Origin: Raillietiella orientalis
Lineage: Eukaryota
Assembly: GCA_036172245.1 (NCBI GenBank)
Contig: JAYWIR010000001.1
Coordinates: 4,774,001-4,838,000, forward strand
Length of the DNA stretch: 64,000 bases
Reading direction: 5' to 3'
The position numbers and the translations under genes are program-made. The notes under the pieces were generated by a model. That model was not told where the DNA came from, did no database searches, and saw only the letters and a program-made list of their open reading frames with translations. Position 1 is the stretch's first letter; each line of letters starts with the position of its first letter. Below, in pieces: positions 49,555-62,602 of the stretch.

Positions 49555-50215
49555 CGTTAGACCCCCACAGGGACCACCTTATGAATCCAGGAAGACTCCG
49601 AAGGAAGAATTCCGTTCCTCTTACGCTTGGTAAGGAAACCCCGAAAGGAGCTGTCGAGCTGGTTGTCTCGGAAGGAAACCCAGAAAGGAACCTCTTCTTC
49701 ATTCTCTCCGGAGGGACCCCTAGAGAGGGACACTCTTGTCTTCTTCTATGGGAACCTACAAGGGATCCGCTCCTTGTCTGAACTCCTCTGAAGAGAAACC
49801 TCGAAGGGATGCTTACCAATTTCTGTGAAGAGCGCTCCCCGAAGGGAGCAGCACGCTCCTTGAGCTCTGGAGAAGCGATCCCCCCCGAAGGGGGTATCAG
49901 CCAGCTCCATTGAACGGGTTCATTTTCACAACTGGAGGGGAACCCCGAAGGGAACCGGAGCTCCCTGGATTCCTGGAAGAATCCTAGAGGGCCAAGTTCG
50001 AATCCCGGTCAGTGATCGGGGGCGACCGGGGTTTCCAGCTTCCACCAGTGCCTCCTCACCCGAAGGCTACAGACCAACTTGGCCATCCTGCGGGGAGGGG
50101 GGAACTCGAAACCCACGAGACAGCCCCCATTTCTCGGGGTCGATCCCTGGGGATTCGAACTCTCAATGCTTGGTGCTACGCGCGAAGAGCGGAACCACGC
50201 GGTCCCCAGCGGTGC
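49555..50215 (-). mobile_element. tRNA-derived SINE-like repeat, copy 2
   Basis: B box GTTCGAATCC on - at 50151-50160. Colinear similarity to 27410-28060. Confidence 0.6.
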
Positions 50216-50511
50216 GAGCCAATGTGTTTCTGAGAACCGGGAATCTTCCCAGCGCAGTGCAGTGCGAAAAAAAGACGGTCCAGCTCCTGCGCGCGATGCG
50301 AGGCATCCCGTCCCCTGTATCCGCGAATGGAGTTTGCCGGTTTCACGTCCCTGCGTTCACTCCGACTCCGGCACGCGGATCTTAGTGGCCCGAAGGGAGC
50401 AGCTTCTAAAGTCGTGATCTTCGGACGAGATCCGACCGTGATGGTTCCTCTCCTTGCTTTCGGACGATGAGTCCTGTTGAGAACCATCTTGTGCTGATTT
50501 CTAAGGCGTCT

Positions 50512-51530
50512 TTAAAAAAAGAAAACAAAATGATTCAACATTCTCCTCACTTCTCCTCGTGCTCTTTCAATGTGCTGATTGTTCCGTGATGCTGCATGGT
50601 CCAGTGCCTTTGAAAAGCTGATCCATCTCCCGCATTCCTGCGCATCTCGAGATTTGCTTGAGCACAAGGAACTGCTTCTATCCCCATTCTTGTTTCCATT
50701 CGATGTACGGCGTCTTTCGAATGAACGCACCGTACTGTCGGGTTCGTACAAGTACGGATCGATTCCTGCTAGATATTTTGTACACGTTTTTGCGTCCTCT
50801 CGCTTCAGCGCATTCATCAAAAGATGAGCCAGCGATAAAGTTAGCAGCAAAACCGGGAAGACTGAAAGAAGCTGGGCGGGACTGACGAGATGCTTCAATT
50901 CATTCATCCGGTGAAGCTTGGGTGCGTCTTTCGACTGGATGTATCCCGCATGAACGCGATCGACCAAAACTCTAGGTTTCCTTCCGGGGACGAAAGCACT
51001 CTTAGGGATGATAGGGTTTTCGAATTCAAAAGCTGCAGCATCTTTGTTTACGTCCCCGAACGCAGGAAAGCCCGCAGATGTTACCCGAGAACCCGCGGAC
51101 CTCATCACCAAATCAGTGATACCGTCTCCCGAACAATCTCGGTTGCTATGGACACTCCCCGCGTTCGATACGGGAGAAGTGTCTTCTTGGAAGTTCAAGA
51201 TACCGCCTGCGCTCGGCTTTCCGGATAAACCCGTGTCGCTCTCAGAGGAACCTCGTTTTCGTTTGTCACGTGACATCTGAAAGCGTTTTTGCACCCCCGT
51301 TTTATTGGATGCCCTGTGAGTTCAGCGGAGGACGAAGAACCTGAGCATCGGTTGCGAGGAACGAAACTTGGAGATGCGATCCTATAAATCAACAGACCAT
51401 CCCGGTAAAAGCCTCCCACTTCTACAGATACGGGATCCGAGATTGAAATTAGCTCAGCCGTCTTTGAAGAATAAGCATCCAGTAAAACGATTGCGTCTGG
51501 TTCACCAGCTCGCAAGAGAGCTCATTCTAT
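50512..51530 (-). mobile_element. Decayed LINE APE endonuclease remnant
   Basis: In order: PDAIVLLD (cf. PDII.L.E), VGGFYRDGL (cf. GGVA.Y....L), GGILNFQ (cf. GDFN.P), GITDLVM (cf. .LDL.L). Frameshifted. Confidence 0.35.
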
Positions 51531-53929
51531 CACATGATGATTGATGAAAACGCATAATTTCTGGAGGAGTAGGCGCTTTCATGCTATTTATGGTGATTTC
51601 GGGATGAAGCGCTTTCTCCATGCAGCCTCAAGGTTGCAGGAACAGGAAAGCACAATAACAGAGGAAGGAAAGAAATGGTTTCGGTTGATTCCTGTTCTCG
51701 AAGAGGGGCAGGTATGACGTGTGGAGCCCTTCAGGAATGCGGGAATACGCCCAAGCAGACCCCTGACCAAAAACCGACAAGAAAAATCCTGGAGGCGGAA
51801 GTCAAGAGGCTGCCTCGTGACGCGCCACATGTGACTGCAGCGCGGTTTCCACCGAGGGAAACTCCAGCGCAGCTCACCATCCTGCTTGCTCGAAACGGTG
51901 AGATGCCACCTCTGCGGTTCATTGGCGTGGCCGCGCGGCAGAGCGAATGCCCGTTTTCGTCTCGAGATGAAAACCGAAGGTTTCTTCGCACCGTGAACGC
52001 GATGCTGGATGAAAAGTAGAGGTCTCTCGACTCCGCGTTTCCGTGAAGAAAAACTCGGGACCTCTCTCTCTTAGAAGAGAGATACGAATCTCCATTCGTT
52101 CTTCAGTCTCCAGCATCCTAGTTCTTTCACGGAATTGCTTCCCATGATGCAACGGTCTCTTGGTGCTTTATCTCAGAAAATCATCCCATCCGAAAGCGTT
52201 TAGAAAGTCATTAGCTGAGCCTTTAGCAACCGTGCGCAGAGCCATCTGTAGGCATACAGGAAAGTCCCCTCCTGCGCAAGAGGCAGAGCAAGATGAAATT
52301 CCGAATTTTTCTTTTTTCTTCTTTGAGTCGGCGGTGTGTCACGAAAACCTGAGCTGCAGAGATACGGCTACAGATTCCAGATCCAGTCTTTTGTTCCAAG
52401 TCTTTGGTAGGTCGCTCAGCTAATGGGCTGGAACGCTCCCGTGCTTGAAAAGGCTTTCAGTCTGCGCACGGATGGCTCTTTAAGAGAGAGGAACGCTGGC
52501 GACATGAATTCGTGAGGTCGATTCGGCTAATTCGACACGAAGAATCAGCCACCGTAAAGAAGGGGAAAAGTAAGCGATGGCGAAGAAGAACTGAGGAGGA
52601 TTAATGAGGACGAGAACATCACCTGTCTACATTCGAGCGACACCCTTTGAACAGCGAATTGCTGGCCACAGAGGATCCTCCGTGGCCAGCAATTGATGGA
52701 CTTTTACGATCTACCATCTTCGACAGAGTGTTCGGGACCGAGATCTCCCAATGGGTCATCCGATCAAGGCGTCCCAACTGTGGAAAGTTCCAGCCCAACG
52801 GATTCAGCTTCCAGAGTTCGAGCAGGTGAGAAATTTCATCCCATGGATGGGATGGAATTTGATGAAAGCGAAAAGCAATTCCAGAAATCAACTGAATCCA
52901 AGAATTTTGCATTTTTTTCGCACTGCTGAAATAAATTTCTCAGACACATTGAAAATTTTCCAGCTTTATCGAAGAACCATTCTTATGAATGTTGCACTCA
53001 CCAATTAAGTTGTTGAGGCTCGAGTTTTTTTTCCAGAAAGAGGCGCGTTAAGTGGTCACTACCTAACGCAATAGTGCAGGTTGTCTGGATGACACGAACC
53101 AAAAAAAAGGGAACGAATTGGTAATTGTGGCAGAGGGAGAAAAAAATGCCCATTAAGCCTTCCATGTGAGAGCTAAGTATCTCAGTGTTTGTTGAAGGTA
53201 ATGGGCATCTTCCTCCTTCTCCAGAAAAAAAAGGGAGAACAGTGAGAGCTAGCAAGGCCATAGACTCTCATGAAAATGAAATGATAATGCAAGTCCTGGA
53301 AAATTAAGAGAAGAAACAAACGAACCCTAAGAGAGGCTGATGGAAGCAATGGCACCGTTTTTTTGTTGAACGCACCATCGAGGAACAACAGCTTCTTCTC
53401 ATAGGCTGCCCGTCGAGTTCCACCCTCCGAGCATGAGGTGTACCATGTGACGAATAGTCGCGCACTGAAGCAGGAGAAACGCACCAGCGCTTTCTAGCTT
53501 ATCGCCCATTTAATGGGAGAGCGGTATTTGAATGCTTCTCGAGCAGGGACTACTGGAATTGTGGATGTCGCAGCTCACAGGTGACGAAGCACGCTCGCGG
53601 CCTTGATGTCATACATATACCACCGATAGCGCGGATGGGAGAAATCTCTTTATAAATAACGATAAATCCATTTATCGTTTGTTGGTGTTTGCACTACTCA
53701 CGGGTGCGGAAATGAAGCGAATGGACTTCGCGCCTCACGTGAGGCAAGCGGATAGGAGCTCGGCGGAGCGTGGGGCGGAATATCGGTCCGTGCCTTTTGA
53801 CATTGGTATTGACCCTCTCCGGCGGCGAAGGGTGACTACCGAATATCAGTGGCTCTTCAACGGCTCCCCGCGTTTAAGCGAGCGCGGGCCTCGGTCCAAT
53901 GTTCTTGCGCGAGAACTTCTAGGATGCGC

Positions 53930-54560
53930 GCCTCCCGAGAAGATGCCAAGGAATCTTCTAGAGCTCTTCCTGCTGTTCCATGCAAGTATCACTGATGACT
54001 GGTCCGTGCAACGCGTTCCCGATGACAGCTGCTGGACACAGTACCTGCGCTGCATCTCCTTCGACAAGACGCACATCTCCTGGGGGCCCATGAGTTCGCG
54101 ACGTGCATCAAGGTGACACTGAACACGGTGCGTACCACCGACCAGCACATCTGCGGTGAAACGAGGAAGAGGGGCGGCCTTTGACCGGTGGAGGAATACC
54201 ACGGGAGAACCGCGAGGCTGCTGTGTCCTTCCTCCATTGAGGACCGCGATTATGAAGAACGACAATTGTACAGAGCGCTTGGCGGACCAGGACGAGAGGT
54301 GCGCTGCCTGGATGGCCAACCTGCCCCTGGAGGACCCCGAGTGCCTGGCTCTCGGGTCGTGAACAAGTATCCTGCGCAGGAAGTGTAGGGAGGACGACGG
54401 TGACACCTACTGCGCGGTCGACTCCGTCGCGAGCAAGCACACCCTCATATCGGTCACATGCCAGCTGCCTGATCCGTCGGAAGGTCCCCAAGGCCAGGTC
54501 TTTCCGAACAACGAGACGCTACTGCCGTCCATCCTGCGGAGACTACTGTGGGTTTCTCAT
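53930..54560 (+). pseudogene. Candidate disrupted gene for an unidentified Cys-containing protein
   Basis: Coding-like, C/G-ending codons in fragments SCWTQYLRCISFDK / HEFATCIKVTLNTVRTTDQHICG / NCTERLADQDERCAAW...PECLALGS*TSILRRKCREDDGDTYCAVD...VTCQLPD. Broken by frameshifts and stops. Confidence 0.3.
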
Positions 54561-55059
54561 CGCCGGCTCTTCTCCGCCGCTGATGTCATCAGCAGAGGGA
54601 GGCTCCGATTTCCTGCTGCAGGAGGGCCAGGCCCATCCTGAAAGTTTCGACTCGCCCCGCGATCCCACGACCTCCGGCCCACAGAAAGGAAACCAATAAA
54701 GGTCACACATATCTTCTTGTGCAGAACGACCGGAGGTTCTTCCCTGCTGTGCTCATTCAAAGGGGTGCGTTCCTGAGAGAAGGTGCAAGCTCCCGGATGC
54801 TACCCTGCCTCTTTGGAGGAAGGGGAGGTGGGGTTTGCAATCCCTGCTTCGAATGAACGAAATCCTCGCTCCGTTCCCTTTTTCTGTCTTTTCCTGTACT
54901 GGAAAATAGCTCTTGGCTCTGATAGTGTCAGCTGCCAGAGCCAAGAGCTGGACCTGTTACTATGAGACTGACTGGAACAACGATATCAGAAGGATGTAGG
55001 CATGCCCAACCAGCATTTCTGCTTTGTGTGTTGTTGCCTCTTTCTCTCCACGCATGTGG

Positions 55060-56200
55060 CTCCTGATCCAAAATCCTTATCAAGGTCACCACTCGTTTTA
55101 AAGGAGTCTCCAAGGATACACAGCGGCAAGGATAAATCACTATCTGAGGAGACGCTGAAACGATTCCTTTCGGAAATGCGTTGTCAATGGATACCTTCAA
55201 AATGCGTGGGGAAATTGCGACCTGACCCAGGCTCGCACACTTCCACACGGCGATGTACCTGCTTTTCATACCACGAAAAAATTGATAGGAGGAGATCTCG
55301 AAAAAGCGTTGTAATTTGCTTAGAGCGCCTTAGACAAATTGCAGCATCCCAGTCTGTGATTACAGGAAAATCTTCAGGCTCCAATAAACAAATTCTGCTG
55401 ATTGATGTAGAGATAAGTGATAAGAGTGATGCTCTTTTGAGGTCGTTCCAATGTAGCCTAGTGACCAGTAGGATTCATGGAAATGTGGCTCATGAATGCA
55501 ATAACAGAAACCAGACCAATAATCACGCAACCGATCTCGCCATACAGATTGTGATTATCCACTCCTGGCAATTACTCACGATGACGCATTTGATGACTGG
55601 TGCCTTAACTTACACTCCTTAATAAGTGCATCATACTCTTAGTTTCCCACAGCTGCTTCCGGCGACAATATCCTGGGAAATTGGCATTGCAGGTTTTCTA
55701 TATACTTAGGAGGACAAGATGAATTTTGGATAAATCATTCAAAACGAATTCGCTTTAGGGTGATTTATTTCCAAAAACCCTAAGTGGATGTATCATCAAA
55801 CATGTCATGTCTTTTGTTGTTCTGAGCAAAAGAACTGTCATTATTTGCAGAGGAATACTCGGTGGGGAGAGCATGTGCTAAGGAGAATTAAAGGTGGACC
55901 TTTGAGCCGAAATCGTGTAACAATAATTTCCTGAAAGATCGCCCTTAAGAAGTGTTAGGACAGATAGATTGTTTCGCTCCAGCTTTCGAATTGGAACGTT
56001 TAGCAGCCTCCATCAATGTAACGCAGTTTCCAGTTTCAGCTGCTTGTGGTGCAAGCCGTGGACAAGTCAAGAGACTCAAGGTGCGTTCGGCGCTTCAGAA
56101 AACTGCTCAACAGCATTCTTTGAGCTCAGAAAGAGCTATCCCCGCCCCAAAAGAGATGTTTCACTTGATCAGCCTTCAAGTCTGCTGGAGACTTGGATGC
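55060..56200 (+). mobile_element. Decayed P-element/THAP9-like transposase remnant
   Basis: LSEETLKRFLSEMRC (cf. LPS..TL.RWL....C.PG), ILLIDVE (cf. L..DEM), RLKVRSALQ (cf. KMKV.LA.Q). Confidence 0.35.
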
Positions 56201-57589
56201 TTCCTTTCAGTTAAAATAAAGCCAGATGGCAGCCAAGATTTAGACGAGAAGCCGCTTGTACACATTCACCACCTCGTACATACTCACACCGCGCTATCTG
56301 TCTGCCGTTTCCTTGCGGTGTATCTTTGAGAATGCCATCGACGCACCAGGTGTTTCGTTGCATACATCAGCGATGTGTGCCCTGCACATGGTTCAGTCGA
56401 CGAGGTGCCTGCAACCGCGAAGAGCAGTTGTATAGTTCCGTACGCTGGAATATCGAAACAGCCCACTGGTAGGTAAAAGTAAGGAATCAGAAGTGAAGGA
56501 CACCATTGGAGCCTACAAGCTGTTCGTGAGGTCTGATGGACCCGTTTGAATGGAATTGTGCTTACGGAAGCTGTTTGGCGACGGGTTCGAGCTCCATCAT
56601 GATTGAATCCCACGGAACTTTCTTCTGCTGGCGGATAAACTATCCTTGCATCAACGAATCTTCCAGTCAACTCATGTTTTCAGTTCTTCATTGCACTTGT
56701 TTCACACCTTGGCTCGTGTTTTTTTTTTTTTCGCTCTCGGAATACGAACGAAAGTACCAAATTTGAAAATTTTCATACTTTATAACGTGCCGGATTCCAG
56801 ATTCCCTGACCTACGGTCAAGCGTCCTCAAGGGATCACAAGGGTCGGCTCATCACTCACGAAACGCTCCTGCTTCAAGAATCCTAGCTCATGGAGTCCAC
56901 TCTACGTTTCTCATGGACACTGCTTTTGAAGCATCTGCCCATCTGCCCCCCGGTGTATTGAAACTGCATCAAGCAGCTTACGGGAGAACGCTTAGCTGCC
57001 CAGGAGCACACATTTGGAACGGCAACTGTCTAACACGAAGCCAAAAAACAAAAGCACATACTCTAAACTTTGAAGGCGCGCAGCTCTATGGTTGCAGCTC
57101 TATCGTGCTCTTGGCCGAAAAACGCACCTTTCTCGTGTGCTGCTGCTTTGCCGCCCTTCCTTGTGAAGGTCATCAAAATTCGTTTCCTTGGTCAGTTCAG
57201 TTACTTTATTTAAAATCTTCGACGAGCTTTTTCCGCCGTTACTTAGAGCAGTGGGTACGGATTTCTCCGCCAATTTGTCTGGTTCTCCTTTGTCCAAATC
57301 TTGGCTGCCATTAAGTAATTCGCTAATACGTCCCTTGTCCATGATCACGAAAGATTGGGCAACAGTCATTATGCGATCTACCTCTTTATCTTTCCTGTTC
57401 AGCTTTCCTTTTTTGCTCACAGTGTCAATGGGCATGGCTGGAAAAAGGGGATTCTTTCACAATTTGACAATGGCAAAAAAAAAAATCAGCCATCAACTTA
57501 ATCATGTGTTTGTGTTATTTTTGGAAACGGCCCGAACGAACACATTGACACATGATTAAAATTTATCCAAGGCGACGTGCTGCACTGAT

Positions 57590-57744
57590 TTATCCCGCTT
57601 TATACGAGGACTGCCGCCGTTTTTTCTTCGCGTAATACGAGTCCACGTTACACCCAAGCCTACCGTAGCATCACGTTATCCACGTATAACCAACTGGGCT
57701 CGTATAACACGGAACGTATCACCCGCGTTATACGAGGTCCGCTG
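57590..57744 (-). mobile_element. pogo/Tigger-like DNA transposon terminus or MITE fragment
   Basis: The - strand reads CAGCGGACCTCGTATAACGCGGGTGATACGTTCC, like pogo/Tigger-family TIRs. The CGTATAA/TTATACG motif recurs several times within 150 bp. Confidence 0.45.
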
Positions 57745-58879
57745 TGTTTTCCGAGAAAAGGACACATTCTACATAGGAGGGGGGGGAAAAAAAAAAAGGG
57801 ACGGAAATGCCAAAATGAACAGAGAAATTTTGAGAACTTGGAAGGAATGGGGAAAAATGTATCCCACCTTCTTAGCAGTTCCACCTTTGGAAATGCTCCT
57901 GGCTCGAAGAAGTGTACATGATGCTAAAAGGAAATCCACTTAATTAAGGAATGGGTGCTTCCTGTTTGGCGAGTAATTCAAATATGATCTGCTTTCCTGA
58001 TCGATTGCAACAGATACACTCTCAGCTTGGAGATTATTTTAGCGAGAGTGCTCTTAATCTTCGTCAAACCTCTGAGCGAACCCCTCGAAAGATTGGAGCA
58101 AATAGAAAATGGAAAGTTTCCCTAATCTTTCGGATGCAACCCTGTAGAAATACGTAGCACAAGAAGGGTGGATTTGTTTGATCAGTGGACGAGATGGCTG
58201 CGGTGGTTTCAGAGCGCGCGTTTGGCTTCCTTCAGGCAAGTTTCCCCGTACGACCTATGGACTCCCTACGATCGAGTGAATCTGAAGAGAATTGCATTCG
58301 GTTCGTGCCTTGGCCTCCTCGCTGGTCATCGAGGATCCACACGGTGCTGAACTACTTCCGACCCAAAGGGACCTACTTCCGGCTCACCAGAGTGCCTCCA
58401 GGTAATGAATGAGGGAGGAAACCACGTTAGGCCTTCTGATGTGTGAGTCAGGTAGCAAAGAGGGAACAACAGATAATCGCAATTTTGAGCTGCGACCAAG
58501 GGGAAAGAAAAACCGGAGTAAATACTTGATAAGCAACGAGAGCATTTGTGGAGCGATAATTTGCTGCCAGGTGCAGGCATGCTGTCTCCTAGACTTCGAT
58601 GCTCTTCCTGGAGGGTGCTTCACGATAGTTGCTTCCTAATTTCTTGGAAGTAACTGAAAGGACTACCTTCTCTGTGATGAGCACGGCATCTCTTTCTTGT
58701 TTGATTTGGATTAAATCTTATCCACTTCATTTCTTCAGTGATAGGAAAGGCTATACTTTTAGCAAATCTGGAATCTCTCTGCTAGTTGAGTCTTCATCTA
58801 CCGTTATTTTATTTTTTTTTTTTGTCTGTGTATGCGTGTGCCTTTTTTCCCTGCAAACATTTAAACCGGGTCACTGAAT

Positions 58880-60470
58880 TCGCTCTCCTTTTTCTCCAGA
58901 GGCGCTCTTCAGAGTGCTGCTGGCACTCGCAGGTGGTTTTTTCGGAGATGATCCTCCATTCGGAATTGTTTGATGCTGATGAAAAAGCGGTCGTCCTAAA
59001 AACTTGCGTTGACGAAAATAACTCAATCCTTTCTGAAAGGCCCTCGGCTCGCTTGTCCACAGGGGAAGTGAACCTGTGCCAGCTCACCACGGAAAGTGCA
59101 TTTTATGGAACCTCCTTGCGCTCGTTGCCACGTCGAAAGGACTCGAAACTTCCGTACGTTGCATTCATTTCGGTGCAGAAATCGCTCCAAAGGAGATCAC
59201 CACGTCTCGAGATTGGGATGATGGTACGGAGATGGCCTCGACCGACGTGATGATCCTCATCTCGATCGGCACTCTGCGTTTCCTAAAGTCCGATCTTGGT
59301 CACCACGCAGGTCTCGAAATTTTAGCTTGCAATTTCCTTGAAAGAGCAGCCTTTAGGCATTGAAGCCAAGAAGCATCGAATAAATACAAAGTAATACATG
59401 CACGAGCACTGCACGCAATGATGACCCGAGGCATCGTCAAAACGGTGAATAAAGACAAGCTCTCCTCAGATGGTGGAACTCGGAGTTGCACCACTATTAA
59501 ATCGGAGAGCCAATTGGCAACTCCTGCAGTGAGGAAGAAGCGTTTCCTCAACTGTGATGGATGTGTTTTTTTGAGAATGTTTCTTCACTTCCGCGAACGA
59601 CTGCATCACAACTGCTTTGGAGAGCAGGCAGAGTGACCGTTTCCCTTGGAAACTTCCCTGTGCGACTGCAGCCAAGAATCCGTTTACTGCTTCGACCATC
59701 GGTGCTCATCGGAAACATTCCTAAGGCACGAAATTGGCTTGAGGGCCGGAAGAAAGAGTTTTTATCAGAAACTGCACGCATGAAGCAGCAGCAGCAGCAG
59801 CAACAACAACAACTAAGGAACACCAAATGTGAAAGAAAAAGGAGCAGCCTGACGACCGGTAGACTGCCAGCTACAATTAACGCAGCATATGCAAGAAGCC
59901 TTCTGGCATGACGCCTGCACGCTTTGGTGAAATCTTCAAAACTGCATAATTAGACGCCCGCACGCGTATTTTTCTTGAGGTATTTGTTTTTCTGATGTCA
60001 GATACCAAAGCGAGGGACCGCATGCTTTCGAAGCAGCTGGCAAATTCTTTACTGGGATTTTCCAGCCAAGGAGCACTGAGCAGATCCTTTCTCAGAAGAG
60101 TCGCAGAGTTCGGAAATGGAGTTGGAACGCTTCCCTCTCCGAGCAGGGAATGTTATTGACAAAATGTACCTGTGGATTCCGAGTGAGTGGTCAGCAGTCC
60201 AGTCCCGAATGCGGGAATCGACGCAGCTCCACGCCGCTGACGCCGCTACCACTTTCGCAGAGTTCGACCAAGAGTGGCTCGAGCAGCAGTTACGTGGCGT
60301 CCAAGATTACAGGGGATCGTAAACGTCGAAAGTCTTCGTGAGAGTTTCAAGATCAGCCAAAAATTACGTGCCGCAGATAATCCAATCACTGAGCAAACTG
60401 CGTTAATCACTCTTATCATTAACAGATTATTTGAATGCTTTTCGTATCGTTCCTTATCTGCCGCGTGAAT
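58880..60470 (+). mobile_element. Decayed P-element/THAP9-like transposase remnant
   Basis: In order: VLKTCVDE (cf. C.L..DEM), ARALHAMMTRGI (cf. ALVFM.RG), QSRMRESTQL (cf. KM.V..A.Q), EQTALITLIINRLFECFS (cf. TA.FI...N.LFD..N). Contains stops and frameshifts. Confidence 0.4.
59786..59812 (+). repeat. (CAG)5(CAA)4 microsatellite
   Basis: Read directly from the sequence. Confidence 0.9.
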
Positions 60471-60531
60471 TAGCCTGCCTACTTAGGGCGGCTAACCAGG
60501 GTGTATGTCATTACCGCAGCTTACTTGTTAC

Positions 60532-60630
60532 AGTGTGCGGCTGCAACATCAGTTGAGGCTGCAGCCCCGCCAACTCGGCTGCTCTATCTGCTGGCTCTAT
60601 AAACAGGTCTTGGCGCGTCCGTTAAAACAA
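60532..60630 (+). repeat. ~97-bp direct repeat, copy 1 (partner 62507-62602)
   Basis: gcaacatcagttgaggctgcag...tatctgctggctctataaacaggtcttggcgcgtccgttaaaacaa is present in both copies. Confidence 0.9.
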
Positions 60631-61879
60631 GGCTGCCAAGCAAAGGAATATCTTGTTGGTTTTGGTTCCTATGTCCAGATGCTCTTCTGGCACATCGTCT
60701 GCAGGACTTATTAGTCACCCTGAATGCAGGCGCCTTCTCGATGTAGCTGGAGGCGAGCAGTATTTTAAGTACGAGTGGCACTTGATTAAAACGTTGGCTC
60801 GAATTAGATAGCCTGCGGCGATCGTCAAATCTGCAGGCCATCTGATTCGAGTTGGTGTTTTCAAATAGCTCATTTTGGCGACAACCACTCTCCATCTTCG
60901 TTCGAGGATTTGTCTTACAGTTTCCGTACACTCTATAAGATCCAGCTCCTGACTATCTCATTCAAATGAAACCAACGATCACTGCGATTATTTTGTCCCC
61001 AATACTTTTTAAATGCGGTATTAAGATGCACAAATATCCAAGAGAATGTCATTTTTTTCCAAAACCTAAACTATGCGCAATGATCTCTTCCATGGTGGCC
61101 ATCACTTCCAACGGCACCTTCCTCTGCCACATTCAAAAGCTACGTTGAATCCAGCACTCGATATAAACTCTGCAGAATCCGGAATGTAACCTTCTTTGAT
61201 AAAAAGTCACATCCGACACTTTCGGAGAGGAAAACTGTTATCATCGTTGAAGGTGACGGGTAGCAGTCATCGAGGATATGGTACGAAAGCGTGCGATCTC
61301 CAAAAGAAACGGTAAAGTACTGGAATTTATTTCTTAAGAATTTCATTTTATTTTACTTTATTTTTTGCCTTTTTCGGAATGATTCCCAATTTCTGGATGA
61401 TTTTGAAAAATTCAACTTGAAGCAATTCTGGCGTTATGCATGTCATTGGATACGAAGATCCAGACGCAATGACATGAAGAACTTTTCGTGAAAATGGAAT
61501 TCCAGTTGCTGGACGCCAGCGAGTACTCACAATTTCCCTCGTTGGTCTGAGATGGATCTTCGAGATGCATCTGAAAGGATGGCAATCGTCTGCGAGAACC
61601 AGACTTGCATCGTCGACATCATTCTTTTCGTAGCCGGATGTTAAACGAAGCAGAAAGTCAGTAGAGGAAATCGTGGTGGAAGGTTTTTAAATCAGGGCAT
61701 CAGTGCTACCAAAACAGAAATCCTTTTTTGCTCTTTCTGTTTTCGCTGCTTTCCTTCCAGCTTGTTTTTTTTTTGGGGGGTCGCAAAGTGCTGAAGAACC
61801 GTTCTCTTCCTTAGGAGGTTCAAAAGCTCTCTTCAACACTGCCGCGTGCAACTCTTCGAGGTAACCCCGTGGCAGTATA

Positions 61880-62160
61880 AATCCTTATGAAGCCGGGACC
61901 AGAGGGGAGCCCGACGGGAACCGGCTCCTTGGTTTTGGGAAGCTGACCCTTCCCCTCGTAAGGGTCAACTTCCAATCCTGACCAGTCGGTGGGGGCACCC
62001 GGGGGTTTCCGGCTGCTTTCACCAGTGCCGCACCCAAATCCTGTAGGCCAACCAGCGTCGTTCTGCCTGGGTGGACTCCAAACAAACGACGCACCCATTT
62101 CTCGAAGCGTCGGACCTGTACGGGTATTCGAACCCGCAGCTCTTTACGGAAAATCTAGAA
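61880..62160 (-). mobile_element. tRNA-derived SINE-like repeat, copy 3 (shorter)
   Basis: GGTTCGAATA on - near 62125-62134. Body gggtca.cttccaat..tg..cagtc.gtg.gggca.ccgggggtttccggct shared with copy 1 and, more divergently, copy 2. Confidence 0.6.
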
Positions 62161-62506
62161 GGCTGCCCTCATATCCTGTCTGACAGAAAACAAGGGCAGC
62201 AAATGGGCTCAGCAAATCCAGGGTATTCTTCCGTCAGATGAGATCCCCAAAAACTAGAAATGAGAATTACACGTTGTGGAGAAGTGTCTCAATGGTCAGT
62301 ATAAACATACTGAAAAGACATGTTCCAGGAAATTCGTCTCAAAGAGAAACTGCCACTTTTATTACATCATGAAGTGCTGGATATTATTACACTACGAACT
62401 TGAAAATTTAGCAATAAATCCATCGAGGGTATGTGGAAGAAGAAGGTAGCAGGTAGAAGAAGATCCTTGCATTAGGAGTTGTGGAGACCAACGTCCAGCA
62501 TCGACG

Positions 62507-62602
62507 AGTGTGCGGCAACATCAGTTGAGGCTGCAGTCCCGCCGACTCGGTTGCTTTATCTGCTGGCTCTATAAACAGGTCTTGGCGCGTCCGTTAAAAC
62601 AA
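62507..62602 (+). repeat. ~97-bp direct repeat, copy 2
   Basis: Matches 60532-60630 with about 4 substitutions and a 3-nt indel. Confidence 0.9.

Noticed and set aside
50140-50220. Functional tRNA gene
   Set aside because: Only a B box is evident and I could not build a cloverleaf. It is the head of a repeated SINE-like element.
57590-57744. CRISPR-like or iteron-like array from the recurring TTATACG motif
   Set aside because: Motifs are short, irregularly spaced and in both orientations, the context is eukaryotic, and there are no cas genes. Better explained as a pogo/Tigger-like end.
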